Of a stretch of DNA of 64,000 nucleotides, positions 11,201-24,427 are shown piece by piece. This DNA is from Auanema rhodensis (taxonomy: Eukaryota; Animalia; Nematoda). Each line of letters begins with the position of its first letter. The first letter of the stretch is position 1. A program made the translations under genes and the position numbers. The stretch is taken from positions 17,236,001-17,300,000 of the forward strand of contig OZ059895.1 of NCBI GenBank assembly GCA_964057225.1, written 5' to 3'. The notes under the pieces were generated by a model, which worked only from the letters and a program-made list of their open reading frames with translations, made no database searches and had not been told where the DNA came from.

Positions 11201-13040
11201 CATTCGATTCATTGAAAATAGTTTATAGCCCTGAAGGTTCGCACAGCTTTTCGATTAAATATTGATGAAATAATGAATTTAGGGATTTTAATGCATGCTC
11301 TTGTGAGGTTGGAATGTGATGAAGATGCCAAACGGCTGCTTGCCCGAGACGGAGAGCAAGGAATAAAGTATATTTTTTTATTATGTTAGTTTATAATTGT
11401 GGGATATTTAGAATTCGTGCTTCTTCAAAACAGATGTTTGATGACGCATTTGATTCAGCGATGAGCAACCCTTCCCCGATGGTGCCTGATTTGGTTAGTA
11501 TTTATTGATTGTTCCACCTCTTTAGCAAGAAAGAATAATTTTCAGCCATCACCTAATGGTTCGGAAGATAGAATGGATTTCAAAAAAAGAAGATCGCGTT
11601 CTCCTGAAGATAGACGACGAAGACGTGATAGAAGGTATGTGATTTGCCTTAAAAAATACATAAATTGTTTTTTCAAGATCCCGTTCCCGCGAGCGTGATG
11701 TACGAAGGAGTCGTTCTCCTCCACTTAAAAGAGGAAAGCAAGATCCAAACAGATGGTGTTTACTTCTCACGAATGTTCCTTTCCGTATATCAGAAGCAGA
11801 ATTGAGAACGTTAGATTACTCGAGCAATCCTTGTATTATACTGCTTATTTGTAGATGGCTGAGTGAACGTGCGAATCCTGACCATTTAGTTAGAACTTAC
11901 TATTCAAATGGAAATGCATCAGATAGGTGGATAGCTGAATATGATAACGAATGTATGTTAGAAAGAGTTAAATCGATTCGCACCCAACTGCAAGGAAGAA
12001 CTATAAAGTTTGAAAGTTATTATGATGTCATAGAAAAACATTTTGATTTGATAGGACTTCCTATATTGACAATGATTACGCGGATGAACTGAAGAAAGTT
12101 GAAGACAAATATGGAGATGCGAAAAAAACAGAGAATGAACTAGTAAAAAAACATCATTACAAATTTTATTTGCTGTTCCTTGATTTAGAAAATGATGGCA
12201 GAAATTCAGCTACAACAACTTAATGGACCTTCGAGAGATCCTCCACCCGTTCAACATTTTCCTACTCCGGCTTTTCGCGGTGGACGCGGTGCTTGCTGTC
12301 AGTTTTTTTCTCTTTCTTCTTTAAATGCTACTGTTTAAGCACGTGGGAGACCTCCTATTACGGGGGGACATAGAGGACGAGGAATGTCTCTTGTACCAAC
12401 TCCCATGTTATTAAACACTTCCTACATGAGTGGTTCATACATGAGGGGACGTGGAAGAGGTGGAGGCGGTATGCTTGAATGTTATCAGTTCTGTCTTATG
12501 TATTTTATTTTTAGTTGCTCGCTCTGGACATTTTTTCAATTCCAATCCTATCCCTGCCAGGGATAGAGAGGAACAGGCTATAGAAGATGACTATTATACA
12601 GATGTAAGCAATATAAAAAATTTAAAAAGGGTTAATTATAATACATATGCACTTTGCAGTTGCCAGCAGTTGACAGAGATATGGCTTCTAGTTTGGGAGA
12701 GAAGGGCTGTGTTGTTAGCTGTTATGGTTTTCCGTCAGATTTAACCTTGCAGGTGCTGCAGAGAAATACCAAGAAGTAGTGAATAAGTTAATTCTGATTT
12801 CAGGATGTTGTTGGGTTTTTCGAAGGCTATCCTGTTGATGAAAACTCCATTCGTATGCGGATGGGCGAAGGAGGAGTAGGAACAGGGGAGTGTTTATTAG
12901 CATTTGAAGATTCTGAGGTAAATTTTGAACTTTTTGTTATTAACCTATTCTTCTATTCACAGAGTGCTGGAAAAGCTGTACTTTACTTAAACGGAAAATC
13001 TTTGAGAGGACATTCCGTAAGACTTTTGATTGCTGCATAA
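8275..13040 (+). CDS. rbm-12: RBM12-like multi-RRM RNA-binding protein with Pro-rich, RS and RGG regions
   Basis: N-terminal AVIIRLQYLPLSATSADVRAFFHGLRIPEGGVHIIGGENGDVFVGFASDEDARQAM...GQE|IRLLLSSRSEM is the RBM12 RRM1 signature. The C-terminal RRM reads GFPSDLTLQ|DVVGFFEGYPVDENSIR...GTGECLLAFEDSE|SAGKAVLYLNGKSLRGHSVRL*. Intron 1 is 8497-9807; AATAAA at 13228. Confidence 0.88.
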
Positions 13041-15886
13041 TTAAGTGTAAATGGATATATATTTAATCGCCGATCTTCAGTTCTAAGATACTCAATTTTT
13101 TTCAATTGTCGCTAATTTTAATGCTTACTCAGAACGCTCTACGTGTTATTGTTCTTGTTACCTTTCTAACCCAAAAGTTTTTTGTCATATTTGCGGGTTC
13201 CATGTATTTTACATTGCAGAGGTCTATAATAAATGTTATATTCGTTCTATGCTACTTCCTAATACAGTAATGCAGGTCATGAGACCCCAAGTTTTAATCT
13301 TTGATAACCATGTCTCTTTTGTATAAGAGTTAATTTGCAAATATGAGTCAGTACCGTAATCAAGGAAGGAGTAACAGAAAGAATAAGGCGGGAATGGATC
13401 ATAGATAATTATCAAGAGAAAATGAAGTCGTTCTACTATTACCTTTTACTAGTTTGATAAGAGCTAGCAAACTCATATATAGATGGGCATCTATAATATT
13501 TACCTTTCAGTGTATCGTCTTTTTTTCAAATATGACCAGACTAACCCAGAAGGCACAAAAATAGAAGAAATTCTATCTCTTCCCCCATAGTCTACATATT
13601 TTCCGCATTAAGTCATCTACGGTTCCAAAAATGTGCCTTCTCAGTTATCACATTTCACCTTTTCCCCTCAAGATATAGAAAACAATAATCTCTGGCAGTT
13701 GAGAATACCCCTTTATTCCCAGCTCTGCTATACTTCTCCTGTTTCTCTGACTCTTTTCAGTATGTCTTCCTTCTTTTCTTTTCATCTGATTTCTACTTCT
13801 ATTATACCTTCGATGTCTAACTTATGCCCTCTTGTGCTCTCACTACTCTACACTTACTTCGTTTTTCGATCTTCGTTCTTTCCATACTCGCTCTCATTGT
13901 ACCTATCGTTCGTCAAACTTTTGTTTCATGCCTCTATCCATGTTTGCCCTTGTTGATTATAGTTAACACTTTTTTTCAACTATTTTTTGATGATACCATG
14001 TTCTTAATGAAAAGATTGCTGCTCTGCCATTTAGCTCCGCCCAGAAAATCCGGTACTAACGAATTGTCAAACAAGAAGTACCTGTTGTTAATATAAAAAA
14101 AGGATAAAACTTTCAAGCAGTTGATAGCAATTACTCTCAAATTGTGCGGCTAAGTATACTCGTTTTTCAGTAAAGGACATAGTTATCACATGTTTGATAG
14201 CTGCGGAAGTGGTTGCTCTACCACAGGAATTCTCTTAACTTATGTTTTAGATTTTCGTTGAATCTGTCTAGATAAAAAGTCAATTACTTTGGTAATGCGG
14301 TAACGAAGAGCATTGTGTTTTTCTTATTTTCTCCTAATGATAATGTCTCTTGTCTATTGTGTCGCGATATATTTGCCTAGACGTCGTTACTTATCTTGAT
14401 TATTTGGATAGATGTTACTTAACATACTACATTATCGATGCTTGTCAAATCAATTAAAAAACATACGAATAATAAGATTACTTAACTAATGTATTGAGTC
14501 ATATAGATTTCACATCAGAGATATTTTTGAATCTTACACTTGAACTGTCTGTATTGAAAATTTATTAATTCACAAGGTCATGCCATATTACTATTTAAGC
14601 CAATGATCAGCTAATAATTCTTCGTAATTCCTTTTTTGTCTTCAATTTTAATTTTTCACAAAAGTTTTACTCACGTAAAAGAAGTGCAAGTTTAATAGCA
14701 AATTCTAACTGAGTTATGTAATTCGAAATAAGTAAATTTCTGAAGTCATATTCGGATGTTTCTTCCTATTCTATTCTCATTGATATTTAATTCAAATTTC
14801 TTTTCACCATTTTGGTCTTTATCGTTTTGTGAAAGGAAATTGACCAAACAAATGTATCCAACAGTTTTCAAGGGAAAGCAGACAGAGACAGACAAAGAGA
14901 TGCCAAAGAATTAATGTTCATTTTCGCATTGTTTAGCACATGAAATGTCAAGTTTCGTTATTCTGACAGTCAGCTGATGTCACAATTTTTCTAGAATTTG
15001 AAAACGAGATAAGTCACATTTATCAGCGAATGGTCTGTAATCACATTTCAAAAAAAGACGGGTAGCTAAGAAAGTGTCCCTAAGAGAACATAGTGGACAT
15101 ATATAGAAATAGAGATGGAGAAAACATAAAATATCAAATAAGAAAAGGAGAGAGCGAGAGAGGTACAGAAAGAGAAGGAGAGGGGCGGGTAACGAGAGGA
15201 TTCAGAGAGAGAGGGAAATCAAGAAAAGAGAGAGGGAGGAGGAAATACGAGTATTGAATGAAAAAAAAATAGAAAATTGTTAGCCAATGAAATGGTTGAC
15301 AAGAAGAACCTTAACATATTGTTGCACATCTGGCTCAGCAAGAAAAATTTAATGTGTAGTGATCTATGCTTTACTGCTAGTGACCATTCGTGTTCTTCAT
15401 TCTATAATATCTGAGCTTTGATTATGCTTGATCTTTAATGAAATTATATTACTTTTAGAATAATCAGTGACAATGACATTTATTCAAAATATTATTAAAT
15501 TTAATTGTATTCATTCATTCATTTTATCATTTGAAATATCAAAAAACATAATGAAACTTATTTCACTATCAGTGCTTTTGAACTCGTGTTAGATAACAGT
15601 TGCGCATCTTGCAGATTTGTTTTATCTACACATAATCCTCATCACCAATTTGCAGATGAAAACAATTTTTTCTTTTTGAATCAGTCTATTTTGTCTTTCA
15701 ATCGTGTCCAGTTGCTGATTTTTCATTCTTATCTCAAATTCGTTTTACTTCCGCTGTACTCCAGCATTTCATCATTGCTTTTCTTAATTCTGTGATACCT
15801 TTTTTATTAAAATTGGATGTTCTTAATGGCTTAACATCCCCCCTTCAAGCTTTTGTGCAACATCACTGTTTATTAGATAGATCGTA

Positions 15887-15890
15887 TGTG

Positions 15891-15930
<40 letters not shown>
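15887..15930. repeat. (TG)n microsatellite
   Basis: Direct read; one interruption. Confidence 0.95.
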
Positions 15931-15932
<2 letters not shown>

Positions 15933-17957
15933 TGTGTATGTGTATGGGATGACGGTGACAATTGATGGCGTTGTATGTTTTAGGCAGAAGAAGAAGAAGA
16001 AGGTAGAAGTGTTGGGTAGAATAGAGATGAAAAAATACATACAGAAAAGCAGTCTTTTCACAAGCAAAACGAGAGCGACAAAAATATATCTTAAAATTGA
16101 GAGACAGTGAGAGAAAATGGATGAGAGGCATGATGACGATGGATGAGAGGAATACGCATCTGAAGGTAGGCAGGCACCGTTATTTTGAGCCGTCACCGCG
16201 GCTGATGGTGCAGGAATCCGTGCCCATATGTACACACAATACTGGAGGCGATAAACAAGAGAACAAACAGTGCACGTGGTTTCTCCTTTTCCACTGCTTT
16301 CTCTCTACAGCAGTTGTTTTGGTTGTTCTGAAATTCGAATGCCGTCAACCAATCTCTGTAAACAAATTGCAACCCTTCTTATCCTGGATCGGTGGAGAGA
16401 GGTAGACTCATCATGATGTAGAAAAACGGAAAAAAATAAGGCTGTATATGAGCACGAAATGTTCGCTGGAGCTAGATGACGAAGCAGTCAGATCAAGCAT
16501 AACAGCCAGAGGAGACTCTGTTGTGTTTTCTAGAGAGAGAAAGAGAGGAAGGAGGGAGCGAAAAAAAAGAAGATGGAAAAGAAAAGAGATACGATCGGTG
16601 AGAAATACTGGTAATTTCAGAGAAATGGTACTAGCCACACTGCGTTCCAATTCCTGCCCATGAGTTGTTGATTAGATCTGTTGTCAGTCAGTTTCAACCA
16701 AAAATGTTTCAAATCAAAACTTTGACCTCTCATCCAGACGTAATATTCTCACGACATCAGTTGTACTTTTCTCATATACTATCGTTTAAAACATTGATTA
16801 AATATTTTGAAGATTTAATTATTTATATTTGTCCGTCATCTGTCTTATCGTTTTATCTCTTCCTTTTTTTTCTCTCATTCCATCTCTTTGTCTCATCTTT
16901 TTTTCTAATTTACCACTTTCCCATGTTCTTATACTCTGACTTACCTACATATACTAGTCCATTTTCCCCGTTCATTTCACCCCTCGTATCATCAAATACT
17001 TTGCCCAATAAAATACATATAATAACAAAAAGTCATTCCAGACAGAAGTCTCTTCATATTTTGGGAATGTTGCTCGCTATCATATTTCAATCAAACGCCT
17101 CATTATAATCATTTTTTATTTGTACACTTGCCGTTAACAGATGTCATTTAACCAGTTTAAATTAGCCTTATCAAGTCTTTGCCACAAATGGGCTCAAAGA
17201 ATAATTCCTGCTCAACTACATCACAGCTATACGTCACGATAAAATGCAGTAATGAAAACACTGATTAGTTTTTATCACAAAAGCTAAGACTGTAACCTAC
17301 GTTTCTGCTAGACACTAAGGCTCCGCCGTCATCATCAGGCAGTTAGTTATATTCTCAACAACAAAACTTCGAAATCTTTTAATGGAGTACTGTAGCTCAT
17401 AAAAGTCCGTAATAATATTAACCAAAAAATTTTTCATCAATAAACGATTAATCACTTATGATAATTTAATTAAACAGCTTCTTATCCAAATTTTTTTTGC
17501 GCTATGAAGATCTTACTTGGAGCACCCAAGGGTATAATCCCACACTGTCTCGTAGTGAAATTTCTGATAATAGTATTGATTTGTTTAAATTGTGGTGTTT
17601 TCGTATATTCAAATTCTTCTCGACCTCATTATTCATATGTTTTACCGCCTCTAAGCATATTATTTTCTTCTAAAGTGAGAAAACAATTTATATTCTAAAC
17701 TCAATGAACTTAATTTTCATATTTCGGTCTTCACGTCTCACGTGAATATGCACGTATGCACTTTTTTTTATTTTTCATGATAATGAAGTTGTGCACCAGT
17801 CGGTTTACCTTTTAGTTGGTTTTTTTTGTTTTCGTTATGGTTTTTTTTTTGCTGGAAACTTTATATTATCTAAACAATCAGATTTTTTTCGACTCTCTGG
17901 ATCCTTTTTATGCCTTTTAAATTTGTTTTGATATTGAAGTATTGATTATTTCTAGAA

Positions 17958-20900
17958 ATGTACCATTATTCCTCGCGCATGGAGTGCGGGTGGGATGGGT
18001 CGGTACTTTTCCCTTGCACAAATGAAGAAGCCAAACCAAGCGTGGATATAAAAAGACAAGTTAGTATATTTGAAGTTGTGGTGATAAGTAATATAAGATG
18101 TTATTAGGTTTCTTTGTCGGATGATTCCGTCTCAACGTCGGGAAGATCGGTACCATCAATTAATTCCAATAATGTAACAATTAAGAGTGAAGTAGATCTT
18201 GCTGCAGGGGGAGACTTCTCAGATGGTTATAGTTAATTTTTCTTTTTTAAGCTCTAATTATTGGGTTGGTTTCAGAGGATTATTATTATGGCGATGCACC
18301 CAAAACGAGAAGCCTGTCTTTTTGCGGTGCCACACAACTCTCTCGATATGAAAACCGTACCATTGGGAACTATTCATGGAACAGAGGGTTTCCACAATCT
18401 GGGTATGTTTTCTTTTTTTTTGCTCGATCGGGTATGCTTTGTTTCTTTTTTTTTCCTTTGTTGTTTTGTTAATTCTTTACAATTTTCAATCACTTGTGCT
18501 AATTTTTTCTAACCACATGGTGAACCCACTTTTCTTACAATTCTATCAATTTATTTATCTTATTTCCCTTTCATAATACTTGAATCACTTTTTTACATAT
18601 CAATTTTTTTTGAGTTTGGTAAGCTCTTCTTGAAATCTTTGTATTAATATAAGCTACTCTCGATACTCCTTCAGATACGCTTCTATAGCAACGGAGACTA
18701 ATCCGTTAATATAAAATGGGATAATCTTCAGCAGAAGGATTGATTGTCTTTTTGTTAGAATAAGGCCTCGCTCATCTCTTTTTCTGTTTTATCTGAGGAT
18801 GAGTTGAAACACAGAGTTAACAAGAATTTTGCGCTGCCTAGCTACAAAATACCAGATACTCGACAGCCATTGGACCGAAATGTGACAGCATTTTCATTTG
18901 CTCTCGTGATCCAGCATATAAACGAGCCTTTAGCCTACTAAATATCTGTTTCATCGTTCCTTAAGAGTGTTGTTTTCTTGTTTTCTGACTGGGCTTAGTA
19001 TCTGGACGTGTCATGTTTGCACAGCACTTTTTCTTTTAGCGATTTCAAATGTGCCTGCAGATGGGGATGTTGTTTCCTTACGAACCATCTATTCCCTTTC
19101 CTCTTACCATGCGGTGCTGGTCCATTAACGTTGAAAAGCAAAACAATACCAGATGCATTCTAACATTCTGGCAAACAGAAAACGACGTTCTGTTGTATGC
19201 CTGAACATTGGGAGTGGCCCTCTCTATTATGTTGGTTTCTTCATTTTTTGTCGTATGCTTTTTCTTTCTGTTCCATATCGATTTCTATGTGTTTATATTT
19301 TTTTTCTTACATTTCCATGATCCAGCTTAGGCGGATGAAAACTATATTTTGACTTCTTTTCTTGAACTTCAGTATTGCACATGATTTCTTTATCAGTTTG
19401 ATTTTAATGTGTGTTGTCTGCATGTTATATACATGATATGAAATACGCTAAAAACGGATTCATTGGAAATGTGTAATGAAATTAGGAAGTGTTCATATAA
19501 CACAGATTTTGTTTTCATTTCGAAATAATATTGTTTATCTTATCATCTTGATTGTAGCAAAACTGAATAGATTTGTGAATGTCATTAATTTTATGTTGTA
19601 ATCGTTTTCTATGAAGCTTGAATGCTTCATCTTATCGTTTCCTGATTAGCTTTAACTTGTGAGTTAATTTAATATTAGTTGATCATACACATTGGCTAAA
19701 GGGTTCATTTTTCGTTTCATATGGTGTTAATTTGTTTTTCTTACCTTGTCCTCTCATGAAGCCGTATTGAAAGCTAAGCTATTTATTAAAACCTGTTGAT
19801 GTGGAAAAATGATCCTGCCATAGCAACTCCTTGTTACCTCATTTGATGATGACCGTTTCCGCGGTAAATTTGGCAACGGATTGTTTTCCCTGATTGGCAC
19901 TCATGCAGGTTCTCAAGTCATTGTCTTACTTTTTTAATGCTTCTCATCTCGCTTTCCATTCTCTTATCGTATCCTTTCAGTTGCGCCTTTTCTCACGTTT
20001 TTCTATCGTGTTTCCCTCCAGTCTTTGTTCTGCTTCTTCTGTTTTCTATTGCGGATTCGATCCGAACTTGTACAGTAATCTTTGCTGGAAAATCTGTCTA
20101 GCACACGCAGATTTCCTTGAGGCTATTTGTATGCTGCCAAACGATTCTATAAAAGATAATTTTCTGATATAAGTTGTTTTAACTGCATGAAGTGCTAAGA
20201 AAGGATAGTGGTTATTTTCCATTACCTGTCTTCTGTTTTCTTGAGATGCACTGGATATGTAGTTCGTTATCCATGCCCTTTCACCATTGTTTTACCATCT
20301 TTATTGTCTTTCCATATATTTCTCTTTTTTTCAGTTTTCTCTTTGAGAGTTTACTGGATTTAAAAGTTCTAAATTAAAAAAAGTGTTGAGAGGAGAATTA
20401 CCACATTTCTCTGTCAAATATTTTCTGGAAAGCACGGCTTAGATCATTGCTTCGATTAGTTCTTTCACTTGAAACATGCGCTGAATGTTGCCCGTACACG
20501 AAAACATCGTTTTTTTTAGTCCTAGGATTACTGGTATTGACCCCATAGCATCACGTGCAAGACGTCTGATCGAAATAAGGAGAAAAGACTCATTGATGAC
20601 TTCGATGTACTTTCTGCTAAAGAAAGAGGAATTTCGCTTTCCCCCTCTCCTCTCGTTTTTGCCAAATCGGATGAAAGATCTTTTAGTGGATTGAAGAAGC
20701 CTATCTAGAACGTTTAGATTGCCAGATGTTTTCAGTTATTTTGCTAAATTTTGACATTGGAAATTGCTTGGCTGTTCTATGCTACGTTTTGAAGGCTGTC
20801 AATTTTTACAGACTTATTCTCTTTACTACTCGATAGGTTCTCTTTCAGCCTATTATCATACATAGCAGTAAAGTTCCTTTTTTGTTTGCATTATGATATT

Positions 20901-23900
20901 TGAGAAGACAAACAATTATTGTTCACAACTGGGTGGTGTTCGCTACCTTCTTGTCGTCTACAGTTCTATTGGTTCTGTGTAAAGCCATTTTTCATCAGTT
21001 TTTCTCTCTCCAGCTTTTCAAACTACTACTCTATAGTACTTATTTTTCATGCTGAAAAAGGTTGAATATTAACGCAAGCAATTTCCTGCTTTCTTTGTTA
21101 CTTGATTTCAATTTAGTGACACGTATGTAACATACACGAAGCAGTTGTTTTCTTATATTTCTTATGTGCATCTTTCTTTTCCGTGAAAGCAGAGCATGCA
21201 TCTCGCCGAACATCAACTTGTCATGGGAGCTGCTTTTAAAGTCTAATTTAGAGTTATGTTCTTTATGTTTTGAAGAAAGAGAATAGGGTAGACAGAGGGA
21301 AGAATATATGCTATTTTTTGTTTTAAAAATTATCTAGTTACAACTTCTACTAGTTCATTCAACCAATTTTGCAAACCTTCAATTATGAATAATCTCACGT
21401 TTCATTTGCTCGGCTTTGATTAATCGTTATTCGTTATTAGTACAATTAGTTATATATTTGCATGCCAATTCTTTTTTCTTTACCGTTTTCTTTAAAAAAT
21501 TTTTGTAAAAAGCTAGTATAGCTACTTTTTTGGACTTCCGGCAATTCAAGTATAAGTGCTGTTTACACATTTCCTTCTCACGAGAAACATGTTACCCCTC
21601 CGAAGTTGCCATTTTAATATCTCTTTGTAGCAAAATCGTGAGATTTCAGTCCTACTCATTGACCATGATATGAAGCAATTCCCATCGCAAGTTGCGAACC
21701 TAGCTGTTTTTTATACTAACATTTGTAAAATTAGTCGGAAATAGTGAGCACAGCTTCATGATGAATAGCATTCTGCATTAGCTGCTATTTTTGTGCGCAA
21801 CATTTCTGCCAGCTTTTTCCGAAAACATCATCTGATGTATTAACATCGTTTTTCAAATTATGTCATTTCTGTTCTTTAGAAGAAGTTGAGATTGACTCCT
21901 TTTCTCGTATCAATGTGAGGATTTCCTTTTTCCATTTTCATCTCGTTTCGTAGTCCCATCAGCTTTCCCATTCCCCCTCTACGACTCATTACAATAATCA
22001 GAAGACGAAGAAGAGAAAAAGCTATTGATGCTTTTGCGTTTTGACACGCAGCCTCTAATACCTTCCCATATTAGTTCGCTAACTTTAAATTGTATTAGCT
22101 TGAATTAAAAATGAATTCAGTAAGTAGAGGTTTTAAAGAAAAAAAAATGTTTCTAATTCATGTATTATATAAGGCGAAATGTTAATCTTTTTCTGTGAAT
22201 TTCTCATACTCATCCTACTTATTTCCTTTATCGGCTGTTTTCCTGTTCACCTGCTCAAATCCTGATCACGTTTACAATAACTCACTTTTTGTGTTATTCC
22301 AAGGTTTATTCATATCTTCTAGTATTCTAATGCCTCAATCTCAATAGGCTTGACAAAGGCTGGATCTTAATACTTTAAATATAACTAATTTCCGACTCAT
22401 GATTCAGCCGAGCGCCAGCTTGAGTCGTGAATTACTGCTTCAGAAAAGACATGATAAGTTGAAGTAGAATTTTTCACTGATCCAGGGCCTATAGATGTTC
22501 GTTCATAGCTAATATTACGTTCGCCTACTTCATTCACAGGATATGAAGTAGAGTAGAAAACGGATACGCGTCCAAGCAATACTAGAGGACTGGCTTTGCT
22601 GTGCTCGTACACGAGAGAAGTAAGAGCAGCAGTAGAAAAGCGGAGCAATCGTCCGTCCCATCAGTGCCATCCGTAATGAGGAGCTGTTTTCCCCTGACGA
22701 TGCTCCCAATGCCGTCGTTGTGTCTCCTCTCGTGGCATCAACAGAGCACGAAAACCAAGCGAAAATCTTAACTAACGTTAGCTTATTTTTGTTTCCTATT
22801 TCTACATGTAATATCATTGTATACGACATAAACAGAAGTAATCAAGTATTAAGAATGGAAAAATAACGGAGGAGGTGGTGTGAACACGATGCGAAGTTTT
22901 AGAAACAGAACAAAACTATGTATATTGCATAGCATGTCTGCTGCTTCAGCTGTGCACAATAATGCATATCAATTAAGGGTGTTCAATCATCTTGAGCCTA
23001 GTATTTTTTGAAGCTAGGCTGGCTTATCTATGTTTGCTTCTGCTTCTCCTATTTCTGGAGTAGTTCACTCATCCTTCAACTACTTCATCGGTATCCGGCT
23101 AGCTAACCTATAGCAATATAGAGATATATTTCAATCCTGATACTATTATAACAATTAACTGGTTGTCACCTAACTTTTAATATTTCTCTATAGTATCCCT
23201 TGTAGTGTATAATCGACCAGAATCGTCATTTTATTACTGCATTCTGAAGCTTGATTCTTGTTAGTTTCTTCATTCGTTATATGGATGTTACCTATTTGTT
23301 TTTATGTTTTCAACATATTTATCTCAGATAGTATGTCGTTTAGATGTTCTCTTGCTTTTCTATGATTTTTTATGTAAATGATACCTTTCCTATTTGCACA
23401 TTGCTTTTCAGATATCACCTAAGGTATTTCTGGAGCTTTGTGCATTGTTTACAATCTATATCAGATATATATCTTGTTTCTTTTCTTGGTTGCAACTGCA
23501 CTTTTTAACACCTCGTCTGCCCATCGATAACACTATCTACTAGCATTCTGGCCCAAGAGTGCTATCTTCTCGACGCACTGTTGCCTTGTTTTTCTACTTT
23601 GTTCGGCATCTACTCAGGACTGTGATTGTTCGATTTGCCAGGAGGCAATTTCGATTACTGGAACAATGGGACCGTCGTCGTCCGGTTCCTCTCTCGATCG
23701 GTTCCAGGTGGCGTAGTGGTCGTCATCGGCCGGTTAGTGGGTTAGATGCTTCAACTGTAGCAGCAGACTAGATGGTTGACTGTCTGCCGATAACTTGACT
23801 GTGGGTGGTCTATATTGAGTTGTATTTCGTATGGCTGAAGATTTCTTTCAATTCAGAAATTGACGATCCGTTTTTGCATTATTGATTGAAATCCTATGCA

Positions 23901-24380
23901 TAAGCGATAACACCCATTGCATCAAGAAGATCTTTAAAAATGATTTTGCAATCACTGCAGCTGGTGATCACCAAACTATCAACCACATGATAAGAAATAT
24001 AGATATGGAAATTTCTATATTTGATCTTATCATACAACTCTTCCCCTTCGAATGTTAAATCATCTGTAAATATATATATATATATATATATATATTAGCG
24101 GACAGTTACAGCTACATAGCTGGCTCTATATCTGACCAATGTGTACGATTTCTCCCACTTTCCGTTTATTGCAGCTGATGCTGCTAGAGGATATAGACTG
24201 GTTTAAGACCGCACCGATCACGGCACAATATGCCCATTTCGCTGTGATACGAGTCAAATTTTCTTCTAATGGTTGAATCTCTCTCACTATGTTTTGGGAC
24301 TATATAAAAATATAATGCTTTTTTTTTATCAATTTCACATATCTGTTGTTTAGTTCTGGTGAGTGCTTTTTTTATATTAT

Positions 24381-24427
<47 letters not shown>

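Noticed and set aside
13633-17108. Numerous F/L/S-rich or VC/HT-repeat ORFs (also 25480-29027 and 46456-55956)
   Set aside because: Products of TC-, GA- and TG-rich low-complexity DNA with no domain motifs or consistent splice phases.
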